Source: an uncultured Aminicenantes bacterium
Lineage (GTDB): Bacteria > Acidobacteriota > Aminicenantia > UBA2199
Direction: 5' to 3'
NCBI GenBank assembly: GCA_965195285.1
Contig: CBDAFS010000027.1
Location: forward strand, 1-28,315
DNA: 28,315 bases
A program made the position numbers and the translations under genes. The notes below the pieces were generated by a model. That model worked only from the letters and a program-made list of their open reading frames with translations. It was not told the origin of the DNA and did no database searches. Numbering within the stretch: the first letter of the stretch is position 1; each line of letters opens with the position of its first letter. This document shows, piece after piece, positions 1 to 9,023 of this stretch.

Positions 1-1441
1 CCTTTACAAACTCTTCTCTTTGCTCTCTCTCAGGAAATGGTGCCTGGGGGAACTGTCCTTCAATCTGGGTAATATTTATCTTCTCGCCGGTACAATACAT
101 AAGGAAATAAATGGGATTCAGCATTGACAGTTTGAGAGGCAGCTGTTCATGTTTCTTAATATTATTATGAGCATATGCTTCTGCACCGTTACCGATCTCT
201 TTGGCCGCCCAATACGTACCATTGGCCAACACATCTCCTATCCCTTCCCGCCGGACAATTTTGTCAAGTAACCAGTAAAATCTTTCCTCATTATCGGCCG
301 GCATTCCTGGAAAGTCTTTGTCAGTTAAAATTCCGTTTTCATAAAGTTCAAGGGCAAAGGCCATAACCTGCGGGGTTGAAAATCCGTCCACTCCATACTC
401 CGTAGCACGTTGGGCGATTTTTAAACCAAAATCCAGGTCTGACATGGCCGCCATTGTATACGTAAGTTTTGTGAAGCATTTCATCATGTATGTTGGAAGT
501 CCCGGCATGGAAATTGTTGCCGCGCATTTCATCGGACAGTTATAGCAACTTATTAGCCGTGTCCGCACATTTTCCATAGTCTCGGTCCAATTCTTTTCGA
601 TTTCCTCGGTCCAAAAACCTTTTCTGCGGTGGCGGGAATTTCCCCACATGAAATTCTCGGTGTGCCACTTCTCATCATGGACTTTCATCTCCTGCGGTGA
701 CCCAAGCCCGGCTAAAATGGTCATTACCCCCGGAATCGGATTTTCTTCTCGGTGTTTTATATATTCCAGCACTTCGTTGCAAAGTTCCATGAATTCAGCC
801 GGCCTGGCAATATTAACGTCCTGTGTTCCTCGAACAACGATTGCCTTTAACCCTTTGTCTCCCATACCGGCGCCTATTCCGCCTCGGCTGGCACTGGACC
901 TGCCCTGCTCGATGGAAGCATAATAAACCCTGTTTTCACCGGCCAGGCCGATAGCAGCCACCTGGGCTTTCGGTTCCTTCAGCTCCTGCCGAATAAGTTC
1001 TGCTGTTTCAATAGCGCCTTTACCCTGTAAATGAGAGGCATCACGTATTTCTACTTTGTCATTGTTTATCCACAAATAAACCAGATTGGGGGACTTGCCG
1101 CGAAAGATCACTTTATCATAACCGGCATACTTCAATTCTGGTGCCCAAAATCCCCCCATCATTGAAAATGCCATTAACCTGGTCTGAGGTGAAATGGTAG
1201 AAACAATGGTACGATTACATCCGGTAGCAGGTGTGCCACATAAAAGACCAGTGGCAAATATAAGTAGATTATCAGGGGAAAAGGGTTCAACTTCAGGGGG
1301 AACTCTATCCCATAATATCTTGGCGTTAGTACCTAACCCCCCCAGATAAAGCTCGGTGTCTCTTGGGTCAGTTTCGACCCTCTCAATGTTTCCTCGGGTC
1401 AGATCGACTTCTAAATTAAATCCTGTCTCTGCGTACCTCAT
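1..1441 (-). CDS. bamB: Class II (tungsten-dependent) benzoyl-CoA reductase active-site subunit BamB, AOR family; 3' end runs off the window
   Basis: Not in the ORF track. Manual translation from ATG at 1441 gives MRYAETGFNLEVDLTRGNIERVETDPRDTELYLGGLGTNAK..., open to the window edge (480 codons). It contains SPQEMKVHDEKWHTENF, the 4Fe-4S motif SCYNCPMKC, YMMKCFTKL (W-ligand Cys region) and TQIEGQFPQAP, which match Geobacter-type BamB as I recall it. It also neighbours dch and a had-like gene. Confidence 0.93.
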   Translation of the reverse strand, partial: MRYAETGFNLEVDLTRGNIERVETDPRDTELYLGGLGTNAKILWDRVPPEVEPFSPDNLLIFATGLLCGTPATGCNRTIVSTISPQTRLMAFSMMGGFWAPELKYAGYDKVIFRGKSPNLVYLWINNDKVEIRDASHLQGKGAIETAELIRQELKEPKAQVAAIGLAGENRVYYASIEQGRSSASRGGIGAGMGDKGLKAIVVRGTQDVNIARPAEFMELCNEVLEYIKHREENPIPGVMTILAGLGSPQEMKVHDEKWHTENFMWGNSRHRRKGFWTEEIEKNWTETMENVRTRLISCYNCPMKCAATISMPGLPTYMMKCFTKLTYTMAAMSDLDFGLKIAQRATEYGVDGFSTPQVMAFALELYENGILTDKDFPGMPADNEERFYWLLDKIVRREGIGDVLANGTYWAAKEIGNGAEAYAHNNIKKHEQLPLKLSMLNPIYFLMYCTGEKINITQIEGQFPQAPFPEREQREEFVK

Positions 1442-1465
1442 TTATTTCCTTTTTATTCATAACAA

Positions 1466-1494
1466 ATCGTAAATTAATTTCTAATAGGAGTCAA
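1466..1494 (-). promoter_or_regulatory. Putative sigma70 promoter of bamB
   Basis: Minus strand TTGACT (1494-1489), 17-nt spacer, TACGAT (1471-1466); AAGGA precedes the ATG. Confidence 0.5.
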
Positions 1495-1502
1495 TGTTTT
1501 AA

Positions 1503-2759
1503 TTACATTTTGAAATAGACCCTTCCCATCACTTTACTCGTCCTGAGATCTTCTACTCCTTCTGAAAATCCCGCTTCTGTGAATGGAAGTTGCTTTCCAA
1601 GCAGGAGCTCGAGTTGATTTATTCCTATTTTACCTTCTTTTATATACTGAAGCACAATTTTTGCATCCTCCGGAGTACCCCCCCATGGACCACTTGAGGT
1701 GACTTCGGTTTCCATGAACTTTCCAGTGGGGCGCAATATATGATCTCCTCTGCTTCCAATAACCTCAACATGACCACCGTTTCTTACAATATCATAGGCA
1801 TCAGAAATTGTTCCTTGAGACATGAAATTTTCAAGTAGCCAATATTTAACACTCTTTTTGTTAAACTGATTTTCTTCATCACCAACTCCAGCTTTTACAA
1901 GTTCTTCAAGTGAGGCATAGGCTTTTTTGATGTTGCCACCCGATCCAAAACAGTCAATAACTGCATCCACTCTACCTCCAGCCATTTGCTTAATCTGTCC
2001 CGCTACTTTTTGACCCTCTGAATTAATGATATTAAGTCCCAAGTTCTCTTTTAGCTCATCCAAATACTGTTGTCTTACATCGACTGCATATATGTATTCG
2101 GGTTTGACACCTGCTCCAATTAGGTTAAGAATAGTAGCCACACCCAATCCGCCAGTGGCACCATAAACAACAACCTTTGGAGTCTCGCCTTTCTCATAAT
2201 CTGGCATAAGTTTTGAAACAGCGTGTCTCGAAGTCATTAATGCATCTCCTGCTGCGAATGCCTGCTTGGTTGAAATATCTTTGGGTATGGATATGAGGTA
2301 TTCCGGTTTAATTTTAAAATAATCGGCAAATCCACCATCAACTGCAACTCCCGTGAAAATTGCATCTCTACTTAAATTTGGCTGCCTGCCGGTCCCACCA
2401 TACAATGCCAATGCAACCATCTGTTTATCTAAATAGTTTGCATCTACATCCTGCGCAGCAGCAACCACCGTCCCTGAAAATTCGTGCCCTGGAATTCTAG
2501 GTTTTTTTATTACCAGAATCCCATCAAGACATAGTAGATCTGTATGACAAATTCCAGAATATTCTACTTTTAGTAAAACTTCACCATTATCAAGCCGCGG
2601 TGTATCACGATTTTCTTTAAATTCATGTCCCAATGGTACCCCTTTCCTGTCACCATCTTTTTTACCTAGTGCCACAACTGCCTTCATAACAGTTGGGACA
2701 TCCTCAGAAGCTATTACTCCCGAATTATCCCCTTTTGCCTGATATAGAATATCGGACAT
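1503..2759 (-). CDS. Zn-dependent MDR alcohol dehydrogenase, probably a divergent 6-hydroxycyclohex-1-ene-1-carbonyl-CoA dehydrogenase (Had/BamQ-like)
   Basis: Motifs GICHTDL, GHEFSG, GGFAD, AGDALMT and Rossmann YGATGGLG. GPWGG resembles Had GNWGC. It lies between dch and bamB, with an AGGAGG RBS 8 nt upstream. The four-Cys structural Zn lobe is absent. Confidence 0.65.
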   Translation of the reverse strand: MSDILYQAKGDNSGVIASEDVPTVMKAVVALGKKDGDRKGVPLGHEFKENRDTPRLDNGEVLLKVEYSGICHTDLLCLDGILVIKKPRIPGHEFSGTVVAAAQDVDANYLDKQMVALALYGGTGRQPNLSRDAIFTGVAVDGGFADYFKIKPEYLISIPKDISTKQAFAAGDALMTSRHAVSKLMPDYEKGETPKVVVYGATGGLGVATILNLIGAGVKPEYIYAVDVRQQYLDELKENLGLNIINSEGQKVAGQIKQMAGGRVDAVIDCFGSGGNIKKAYASLEELVKAGVGDEENQFNKKSVKYWLLENFMSQGTISDAYDIVRNGGHVEVIGSRGDHILRPTGKFMETEVTSSGPWGGTPEDAKIVLQYIKEGKIGINQLELLLGKQLPFTEAGFSEGVEDLRTSKVMGRVYFKM

Positions 2760-2823
2760 TTCATCATCCTCCTATAATTTTTTTAACAGTTTCTTTCGAT
2801 AGAGAACTACTTTTTTTTTACGT

Positions 2824-3570
2824 CTACTCGTGTTTCCATTCCGGCTTTCTCTTTTCAGTAAAACTGGCAATACCTTCCTTCAAATCATCTATCTGGTATA
2901 AATCCTTGAGGAAGAGGTCATTGACAATTGATTCGAATGCCTCTTCAACTGAGATTTTTTCGCCTAATTTAAATGCTTTTTTGGCCAGTCGGAGTACCGG
3001 AACACTGGTTTTATTCAACTGGTTGATCATCTGTTCCCATTCAGCCTGGGGGGAAATTTTTTGAACCAGTCCCATCTGCAAGGCATGCTCGGCATGGATG
3101 GATTCCCCGGTATAAATCAGGTATGAGGCGTTTTGACGGCCCACGATTCCCGCCAGAACCGAACAGGCAAAGGGGGGGAAGAATGCCAGCTTTATCTCGG
3201 GCACACCGAATTTGGCCGATGGATCGGCAATTAAAAAATCACAATACATGGTGAGTTCAAAACCGCCCCCGAAACAAAAACCGTGAATGAGGCCAACGGT
3301 TGGGACCGGCATCCGGTACAGGGCCCTACAGGCTTCGGTAAAGGCCAGTATCATCTCTCTGGATCGTTCCTCCCGGTGGTCCTCGACCGAGGCGCCGGCG
3401 GAAAAACATTTTCCTTCTCCGGAAATAACCACTCCGGCCAGTGACTGATCCAGGGCGGCTGCTTTCAGTTGTTCAGCCAGTTCATTGCAGGTTTTGATGT
3501 CAATCACATTTACCGGTGGAACATTGATTTTTAGTTGAAGTACCCGATCTTTTATCTCAGCCGATATCAT
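2824..3570 (-). CDS. dch: Cyclohexa-1,5-diene-1-carbonyl-CoA hydratase (Dch/BamR), crotonase family
   Basis: Crotonase motifs FSAGASVEDH, CFGGGFEL and FGVPEIKLAFFPP, typical of Dch; clustered with bamB. Confidence 0.8.
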   Translation of the reverse strand: MISAEIKDRVLQLKINVPPVNVIDIKTCNELAEQLKAAALDQSLAGVVISGEGKCFSAGASVEDHREERSREMILAFTEACRALYRMPVPTVGLIHGFCFGGGFELTMYCDFLIADPSAKFGVPEIKLAFFPPFACSVLAGIVGRQNASYLIYTGESIHAEHALQMGLVQKISPQAEWEQMINQLNKTSVPVLRLAKKAFKLGEKISVEEAFESIVNDLFLKDLYQIDDLKEGIASFTEKRKPEWKHE

Positions 3571-3588
3571 TTCATTCTCCTGAAAAAA

Positions 3589-3649
3589 ATTATTACGAAA
3601 AAAGAAATAATTGTCAACCGGTTAATTAAATTTTGTTTCTAACAAATTT
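3589..3649 (-). promoter_or_regulatory. Putative sigma70 promoter of dch with upstream palindromic operator
   Basis: Minus strand TTGACA (3617-3612), 17 nt, AATAAT (3594-3589), then an AGGAG RBS. Palindrome TTTGTT-N3-AACAAA at 3632-3646. Confidence 0.6.
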
Positions 3650-3665
3650 GTAATAAATAGAAAAA

Positions 3666-3692
3666 ATAGAGACATCCATGGTTTTTCTCTAT
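3666..3692. repeat. Small palindrome, degenerate REP-like
   Basis: ATAGAGA-catccatggtttt-TCTCTAT: 7-bp arms with CCATGG in the loop. Confidence 0.3.
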
Positions 3693-3869
3693 GATGAAAA
3701 TAAGATTAGAGGGAGGGGGCCAGATTTAGAATTGACAAAAATTTGTTTATCATTTTTTCATAATTTTAGGGGTAATGTACTGTTACCTGGTTTTGATTTG
3801 AAGGTTAAGGTCGGGAGAAAAAACAAGAAGACCAGTTAACCAGCCACCAAATCCCATTGGTTTCCAATC

Positions 3870-3896
3870 AATTTCTACCTTTCCACGCACCGAGTA
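3870..3896. repeat. Site A1, 27-bp direct-repeat boundary site
   Basis: AATTTCTACCTTTCCACGCACCGAGTA; 24/27 identical to 8987-9013; ends 7 nt from the stop of the TPR lipoprotein gene. Confidence 0.8.
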
Positions 3897-3903
3897 CTAT
3901 TTT

Positions 3904-4428
3904 TCACAGTGCAGAGATAAGCTTTCTCATTTTTTCCACCGCTTTATCCCGATTATTGTTCTGGTAAACATTCATGGCTTCTCCATATTCATCTGTCGCT
4001 TCTTGATTTCGCCCCAACTTTTTATACAGATGGCCAAGATTTTCATGGGCTGCTCCTGTCAACATCTTGTTCCGCCCAAGATATTTCGTATATATATTAA
4101 TCTTTTTTTTGAGGATTGGCTCAAGTTCAGCGTGTTTGTTCTGGGTACGGAAAATAGTCTCAATCTCACCAAATAATTCTCGCATGTCCTTGGTGTGCAC
4201 AGGCTCCCGGCCTAAAGCTTTTTCCAACTTATCCAAAGCTAAAAGATATATTTCTTCCGCCCTAATAAATCGTTCTTGCGCAGGGATACTGGTATCAGCA
4301 CGAATCTTCTTCCCTCGCTCCAGAACTTCCGTCCAGGATAGGTTGGCATACTTCCCACAGCCTGCGATAAAGAGTATTATTAAAGGAATAAGAATACATC
4401 CGAACTTAGATGAATAAGAAACCCTCAT
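3904..4428 (-). CDS. TPR-containing putative lipoprotein
   Basis: Signal peptide with lipobox FIAG-C; TPR-like helices (AHENLGHLYKKLGRNQEATDEYGEAM); GGAGGTG RBS. Confidence 0.75.
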   Translation of the reverse strand: MRVSYSSKFGCILIPLIILFIAGCGKYANLSWTEVLERGKKIRADTSIPAQERFIRAEEIYLLALDKLEKALGREPVHTKDMRELFGEIETIFRTQNKHAELEPILKKKINIYTKYLGRNKMLTGAAHENLGHLYKKLGRNQEATDEYGEAMNVYQNNNRDKAVEKMRKLISAL

Positions 4429-4590
4429 TTGTCACCTCCTGATACTAAAGCCCTTTTTGCTCCCATTGGCTGATAGGAAAATTGTTTTTTAACCACAGGA
4501 ATATTTTATTGAAAGTATTGAAATAAATCAATAGATTAAAGATAAAAACAATTATCAATGGTATGGAGTAAAACTTTTCACCCAGCACTC

Positions 4591-4625
4591 TATTTCAACA
4601 TTTGCACTTTTGCACGCACCAATCA
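4591..4625. repeat. Site A2, diverged copy of the A boundary site
   Basis: TATTTCAA CATTTGCA CTTTTGCA CGCACC AATCA: same 8-mer units plus CGCACC core and same orientation as A1/A3; 18/27 identical to A3. Confidence 0.6.
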
Positions 4626-4701
4626 TTTTTTTTTCGCGTAGTATAATATTATATTTAAATACAAATTAATATATTATTCGAAATTTTTTTCAAAATTTCA
4701 A

Positions 4702-4730
4702 TTGATTTTTACAAAAAATATTTTTATAAT
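4702..4730 (+). promoter_or_regulatory. Putative sigma70 promoter of the MBL / E2-E1-JAB operon
   Basis: TTGATT (4702-4707), 17 nt, TATAAT (4725-4730). Confidence 0.55.
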
Positions 4731-4853
4731 ACATATAATATAGTGTGAAGTAGAGTAATAGTAAAATAACATAAGGGGGAATATTGTATTAGTATTATAG
4801 AGATAAAGCATAATTGCAAATACTTTAATTAATCCAGTAGAATAAAGATTATT

Positions 4854-5573
4854 ATGAATAAAATTAAATTTTGGGATGAATACGAAATAAAGGCCAGGTA
4901 TTTACCAACTTTTTTATCAGTTGTACCACTGGTTCATTTTTTAACATTGTTCTTAGGTGAAGTATTCTGGAAAGAACTAATTGGTAACATTGGTTGGATG
5001 CTCGTTGTTACTAATTTAGGCCTTTCATTATTAGTTATGCTTACACTTGTCCAAATTCAATGTGGATTTTCAAAGCATTGGGTGGAGGAATCAGTTTTTG
5101 GAAAAGGTGGCGAACGATTTCCCACCACAGATATGCTTCTCTACAATGGGGGATTGATTTCTTTTGAGAGGAAAGAACAAATACATAGTGAAATTACCAA
5201 GCAGTTCAGCTCTACATTATCATCAAGAGCTGAAGAAAAGAATAATCCTGATAATGCAAGATTACAGGCTCGTGAAGCTGTTGGGCATGTGAGAGGTACT
5301 GTTGGTAAGGGTGCCATGATACTTCAATACAATATTCGCTATGGTTTCTTTCGAAATCTCATTGGTGGTGTAATTTGGAGTACAGTTGGTTCTATTGGTT
5401 GTTCTATCATTTATGGAATAAACAATAACTGGAAGACTATGAGTTTCTTCATTGTCTTTTTCGTAATTCACTTAACTATGTTTCTTTTTAAAAAAGCGAT
5501 CCTCGAAAAGTTTGCATTTAGTTATGCAGATGCCCTCTTTAATGAATTCTTAAATCAAAATAAAGGAGGTTAA
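4854..5573 (+). CDS. Multi-pass membrane protein, first gene of a 6A-MBL-type defence operon (putative effector)
   Basis: About 4 hydrophobic segments (two N-terminal, two C-terminal) flanking a soluble loop; 2-nt gap to the MBL gene. Confidence 0.7.
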   Translation: MNKIKFWDEYEIKARYLPTFLSVVPLVHFLTLFLGEVFWKELIGNIGWMLVVTNLGLSLLVMLTLVQIQCGFSKHWVEESVFGKGGERFPTTDMLLYNGGLISFERKEQIHSEITKQFSSTLSSRAEEKNNPDNARLQAREAVGHVRGTVGKGAMILQYNIRYGFFRNLIGGVIWSTVGSIGCSIIYGINNNWKTMSFFIVFFVIHLTMFLFKKAILEKFAFSYADALFNEFLNQNKGG

Positions 5574-5575
5574 CA

Positions 5576-6739
5576 ATGTCTAATTCAATAATTTCATTTT
5601 TTCCCGTAGGTGAGAAGAACGGTGGTATGATTCTTATTAAACTAAATGATTCTTACATGACAACTATTTTGATTGATTGCTCTATTGGTGACGAATCAAT
5701 TGCTGATCACTGTGATGTCAATCAAGAACTTAGAGACCGGTTGCCAACAGATTCGAATGGATGTCCTTATATAGATGCTTTTATATTAACTCATAGACAT
5801 GAGGATCACATTAAAGGATTCCAAAAACATTTTCACCTGGGGCCACTTGAAAACTATAAAGATGATGATGATGAATTAAAAATTATAATCAAAGAGCTAT
5901 GGAGCAACTATAATTTTTGGAAGCCTTCCTCAAGCAACTATATACTATGTGATGATGCCAAAGCGTTCAATAAAGAAATGAAACGCCGTATAAAGCTTTT
6001 TGAGGATAACAAATCTATCCAATCTGAAGGTGATAGGGCTATTATAATAGGTAAAGATCCTGATGGCAGAACAGATAACCTTGAAGAAATCAGTTATGAT
6101 ATTGGATTTCTTTTTACAAAAATAAACAACTGTAATATTTCATCTAAGATTAATGGTTTTATTCTTAGTCCAATAGAAAAACAAGAAGATGAAGAGGATG
6201 ATTGCTTTACTGATGAAAACCGTCAAAGCATAGCACTTCAATTAACTGTAAAACAAGGTGGGTATGAAAATAAACTGCTGATGGCAGCCGATGCAGAATG
6301 TCTTGTGTGGGAAACTCTTTGGGGGAAATATAAAAATGATGTTAGTAAATTAGAATATGATATTCTTTCTGCTCCTCATCACTGTTCTTGGCATTCATTG
6401 TCTTATGATAGTCAGTCAAATGATGATGATCCACAAGTTTGTGAAGATGCAAAAATGGCTTTAAGTCAGAATAAAGAAGGTGCTTTTATTGTTTCACAGA
6501 GCAAAATTATAAAAAATGCTGATCAAGATCCACCAAGTGAGGCAGCCAAAGATGAGTATTTAGATATTGTTGGAGAAGGTCAGTTTATTTGTACAAATGA
6601 GCACCCTAATGACAACAAACCAGAACCACTTGAATTCAATCTGACGGGAGATGGGCCTCAAAAAAAAGGTGTACCGGAAAAATCAAAGCTTTCTGCTGCT
6701 GCTTTATCATCAACCAAAGAATCATATCCTCATGGTTGA
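5576..6739 (+). CDS. Metallo-beta-lactamase-fold (ComEC/Rec2-like) hydrolase with C-terminal Gly tail; 6A-MBL system
   Basis: THRHEDH (HxHxDH), ADAE and APHHCS metal-binding motifs; low-complexity tail ending ...KESYPHG; AAGGAGGT RBS. Confidence 0.88.
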   Translation: MSNSIISFFPVGEKNGGMILIKLNDSYMTTILIDCSIGDESIADHCDVNQELRDRLPTDSNGCPYIDAFILTHRHEDHIKGFQKHFHLGPLENYKDDDDELKIIIKELWSNYNFWKPSSSNYILCDDAKAFNKEMKRRIKLFEDNKSIQSEGDRAIIIGKDPDGRTDNLEEISYDIGFLFTKINNCNISSKINGFILSPIEKQEDEEDDCFTDENRQSIALQLTVKQGGYENKLLMAADAECLVWETLWGKYKNDVSKLEYDILSAPHHCSWHSLSYDSQSNDDDPQVCEDAKMALSQNKEGAFIVSQSKIIKNADQDPPSEAAKDEYLDIVGEGQFICTNEHPNDNKPEPLEFNLTGDGPQKKGVPEKSKLSAAALSSTKESYPHG

Positions 6740-8813
6740 ATTTTGGTTAGAAAAAGCTCGAAAATATATACGAGACCATAATGCTTTTGAGGGCGTCTCA
6801 GAATTCAGTTTTTCTGATACATCCAAAAATGCAACTATTTCAGCAATCGTTTCGATTGGCCTGCCCAGCAAATTTATCAAAGTAGGAATTACTGATATAG
6901 GGGTTAATAGTAATGAAGAAGTTAGATTTATTTTTACCGATCAGTTTCCATTAAAAGCTCCAAGAATCCTTCTAAGAAATGATTTTCCAAGATGTTTTCC
7001 TCATATCAATCCATCAAAGTCCGATGTAATTCCATGTATTTACGAAGGAGACCTCTCAGAACTTTTGCAACAATCTGAATGGATGAATGGTATTTTGAAT
7101 CAATTGGTTGATTGGCTTGAGAAAGCAGCTTCAAATGATTTGCTGAATTATGATCAAGGATGGGAGCCGATGAGAAACGATCATTACTCTGGATTTATAC
7201 TTTATGATCTCAACGAAGTAGTTTCTGCTTATACCAGTAAAAATAGTTTATATTTGACTAAGGAGATTTCTTATGAAGAGTGTAAGAATATTATTGTTAC
7301 AGGTACTCTTTGTGATTATAAAAAAAAGAAGACAGCTCGTGCAGTATACTATATGAGTCCCTACTCTATAAAAACTTATGTTCCAAATTCAATAACAAAT
7401 TTGTCTGATCTTTATTTCTATGCAAAAACTATAGGAATCAGTGACCTTGAAGAAGCTATAGAGAAAATTGATTTAAGTCATTTAAATGAAGATAAATTAT
7501 TTGTGGTACTGTCTGTTAAAAGACCGGTCAAACTTATCGGTTCTGATTGTGATATTGAGTTCCTAAATTTTGTAATTCATAAATCTAAACCAAGCAATGG
7601 GAAAAAACGAGTTCTTCCTGATTGCAAAGTTGGAATGCTGTTGCATATAGCAGAGAGAACACCCAATTTATTAAAACATCTCTCAGGGACGCAGACAAGG
7701 ATCAATGAATCAAAAAGTATTGCATTGGTAGGTTGTGGCAGCCTTGGTTCAAAAATCGGAATGCATTTGGTTCGCAATGGGAATGGTCCATTTCTATGTA
7801 TTGATAATGATATTTTTATGCCTCACAACAATGCACGTCATGCATTAACCTTCACTTGGGCAAAAAACAAGGCAGAACTTTTATCAATGTCTATGTTTAA
7901 CACTAGTAAGGTTTTAGCCGAAGCAGTTCCCGAGTCTGCATTTAATGCAGATTATAGTAAATCTAGATTAATAATTGATACAACAGCTTCTCTTTCAGTT
8001 AAAAACTTTTTAATGAGAAATATTGATTTACCGCCTATTATTTCTGGTGGGTTATATGGAAAGGGACGATATGGTATTTTACTTATTGAAAACAAATCAA
8101 AGACTAATCGATTAACAAACCTCTGGGCTCATTTATATTATCAATCCTTAAAGGATAGCTCCATACGAGAAGTATTGTTTTTATCACAGATAAATCGCGC
8201 ACAAATTGGACAAGCCTGTAGTTCTCAAACACTGATTGTTGATGATGCACGTATCTCTCTCATGGCTGCAATAATGAGTCTTAAAATTCAACAACTCCTT
8301 GAAGATGGTTTCCTTGAAAATGGCGAGATTTTATTTTTAAAATACGATGATAATTACTCTTTAACGAAAGAAATTATATCGGTTCCTAAAAGCATTTTGG
8401 TCCTGTCTGTAAAGAAACGAGATTGGCAAGTTTATCTTTCTGAAACAGTACTTATTCAAATGAAAGAACTCATGACTCAAAAAAGTCCCAATGAAACAGG
8501 CGGTGTTTTGTTGGGAACTGTATTTTTATATGCAAAAACAATTGTGGTTACAGATATTTTACCGGCTCCACCCGATAGTGTCGAAAGTCCATGTCTTTTT
8601 ATGTTGGGAACAGAGGGGTTGGAAAAACAAATTAAAAAAGTAGAGATAAAAACAAATGCGAAAGTTACTTATTTAGGAACATGGCATAGCCATCCACATG
8701 GTGGAAACGCTTCTCAGACGGATAATAATACCTATAAAAAGCTTTTATTTGTAAGAAACTATGAACCGACTATATGCCTTATTGTAACACCGGAAAAGAT
8801 AATGCAAGTGTGA
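6732..8813 (+). CDS. Prokaryotic E2-E1(ThiF)-JAB fusion (Cap2/Cap3-like) of a 6A-MBL-type system
   Basis: E2: FPLKAPRI...PHINP...PCIY. E1: VGCGSLGS, DNDIFMPHNNARH, IIDTTAS, candidate catalytic Cys in GQACSS. JAB: PNETGG and WHSHP...SQTD. The start is placed at ATG 6732 (8-nt overlap with the MBL gene) rather than 6651. Confidence 0.9.
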   Translation: MVEFWLEKARKYIRDHNAFEGVSEFSFSDTSKNATISAIVSIGLPSKFIKVGITDIGVNSNEEVRFIFTDQFPLKAPRILLRNDFPRCFPHINPSKSDVIPCIYEGDLSELLQQSEWMNGILNQLVDWLEKAASNDLLNYDQGWEPMRNDHYSGFILYDLNEVVSAYTSKNSLYLTKEISYEECKNIIVTGTLCDYKKKKTARAVYYMSPYSIKTYVPNSITNLSDLYFYAKTIGISDLEEAIEKIDLSHLNEDKLFVVLSVKRPVKLIGSDCDIEFLNFVIHKSKPSNGKKRVLPDCKVGMLLHIAERTPNLLKHLSGTQTRINESKSIALVGCGSLGSKIGMHLVRNGNGPFLCIDNDIFMPHNNARHALTFTWAKNKAELLSMSMFNTSKVLAEAVPESAFNADYSKSRLIIDTTASLSVKNFLMRNIDLPPIISGGLYGKGRYGILLIENKSKTNRLTNLWAHLYYQSLKDSSIREVLFLSQINRAQIGQACSSQTLIVDDARISLMAAIMSLKIQQLLEDGFLENGEILFLKYDDNYSLTKEIISVPKSILVLSVKKRDWQVYLSETVLIQMKELMTQKSPNETGGVLLGTVFLYAKTIVVTDILPAPPDSVESPCLFMLGTEGLEKQIKKVEIKTNAKVTYLGTWHSHPHGGNASQTDNNTYKKLLFVRNYEPTICLIVTPEKIMQV

Positions 8814-8825
8814 AGATTAAGTGCG

Positions 8826-8914
8826 GGGGACGGTCTTTTGAAATTTTGTTTTTTTTAAATTTTTATTTATAAAAATATATTTATAAAAAATCAAAAAAAC
8901 AAAAGACCGTCCCC
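8826..8914. repeat. Palindromic element B1 (REPIN/MITE-like, 89 bp)
   Basis: Perfect 15-bp terminal IR GGGGACGGTCTTTTG / CAAAAGACCGTCCCC around an AT-rich imperfect palindrome; starts 12 nt after the E2-E1-JAB stop. Confidence 0.85.
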
Positions 8915-8946
8915 AAAGGTAAGGCTGGGAAAAAATTGTTTTTTTA

Positions 8947-9013
8947 CATGCATCCATGCATACGTTCATTCATGCATTCATATATCTATTTCTACGTTTC
9001 TACGCACCGAGTA
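8947..9013. repeat. Site A3 preceded by a degenerate 8-mer tandem array
   Basis: CATGCATC CATGCATA CGTTCATT CATGCATT CATATATC TATTTCTA CGTTTCTA CGCACCGAGTA; the last 27 bp are 24/27 identical to A1. Confidence 0.8.
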
Positions 9014-9023
9014 TTTTTTTGAA

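Noticed and set aside
175-923. Plus-strand ORFs 175-366 and 648-923
   Set aside because: Antisense shadows of bamB with no motifs.
4842-4856. ATAAAGATTATTATG before the membrane gene resembles ATAAAGATTATTTATG before RAYT
   Set aside because: Short and nearly all A/T in AT-rich DNA; plausibly chance.
5559-5573. Membrane protein ends in ...NKGG, like a ubiquitin di-Gly tail
   Set aside because: The codons AAA GGA GGT are the Shine-Dalgarno of the next gene, which explains the GG. The same effect gives ESGG at 22685. Conservation in homologues would be needed to revive it.
6651-6731. ORF-track start of E2-E1-JAB at 6651
   Set aside because: It overlaps the MBL gene by 89 nt; ATG 6732 gives typical translational coupling.
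4854-8813. Calling the operon CBASS or Pycsar
   Set aside because: No CD-NTase or cyclase is present; the partner is an MBL hydrolase.
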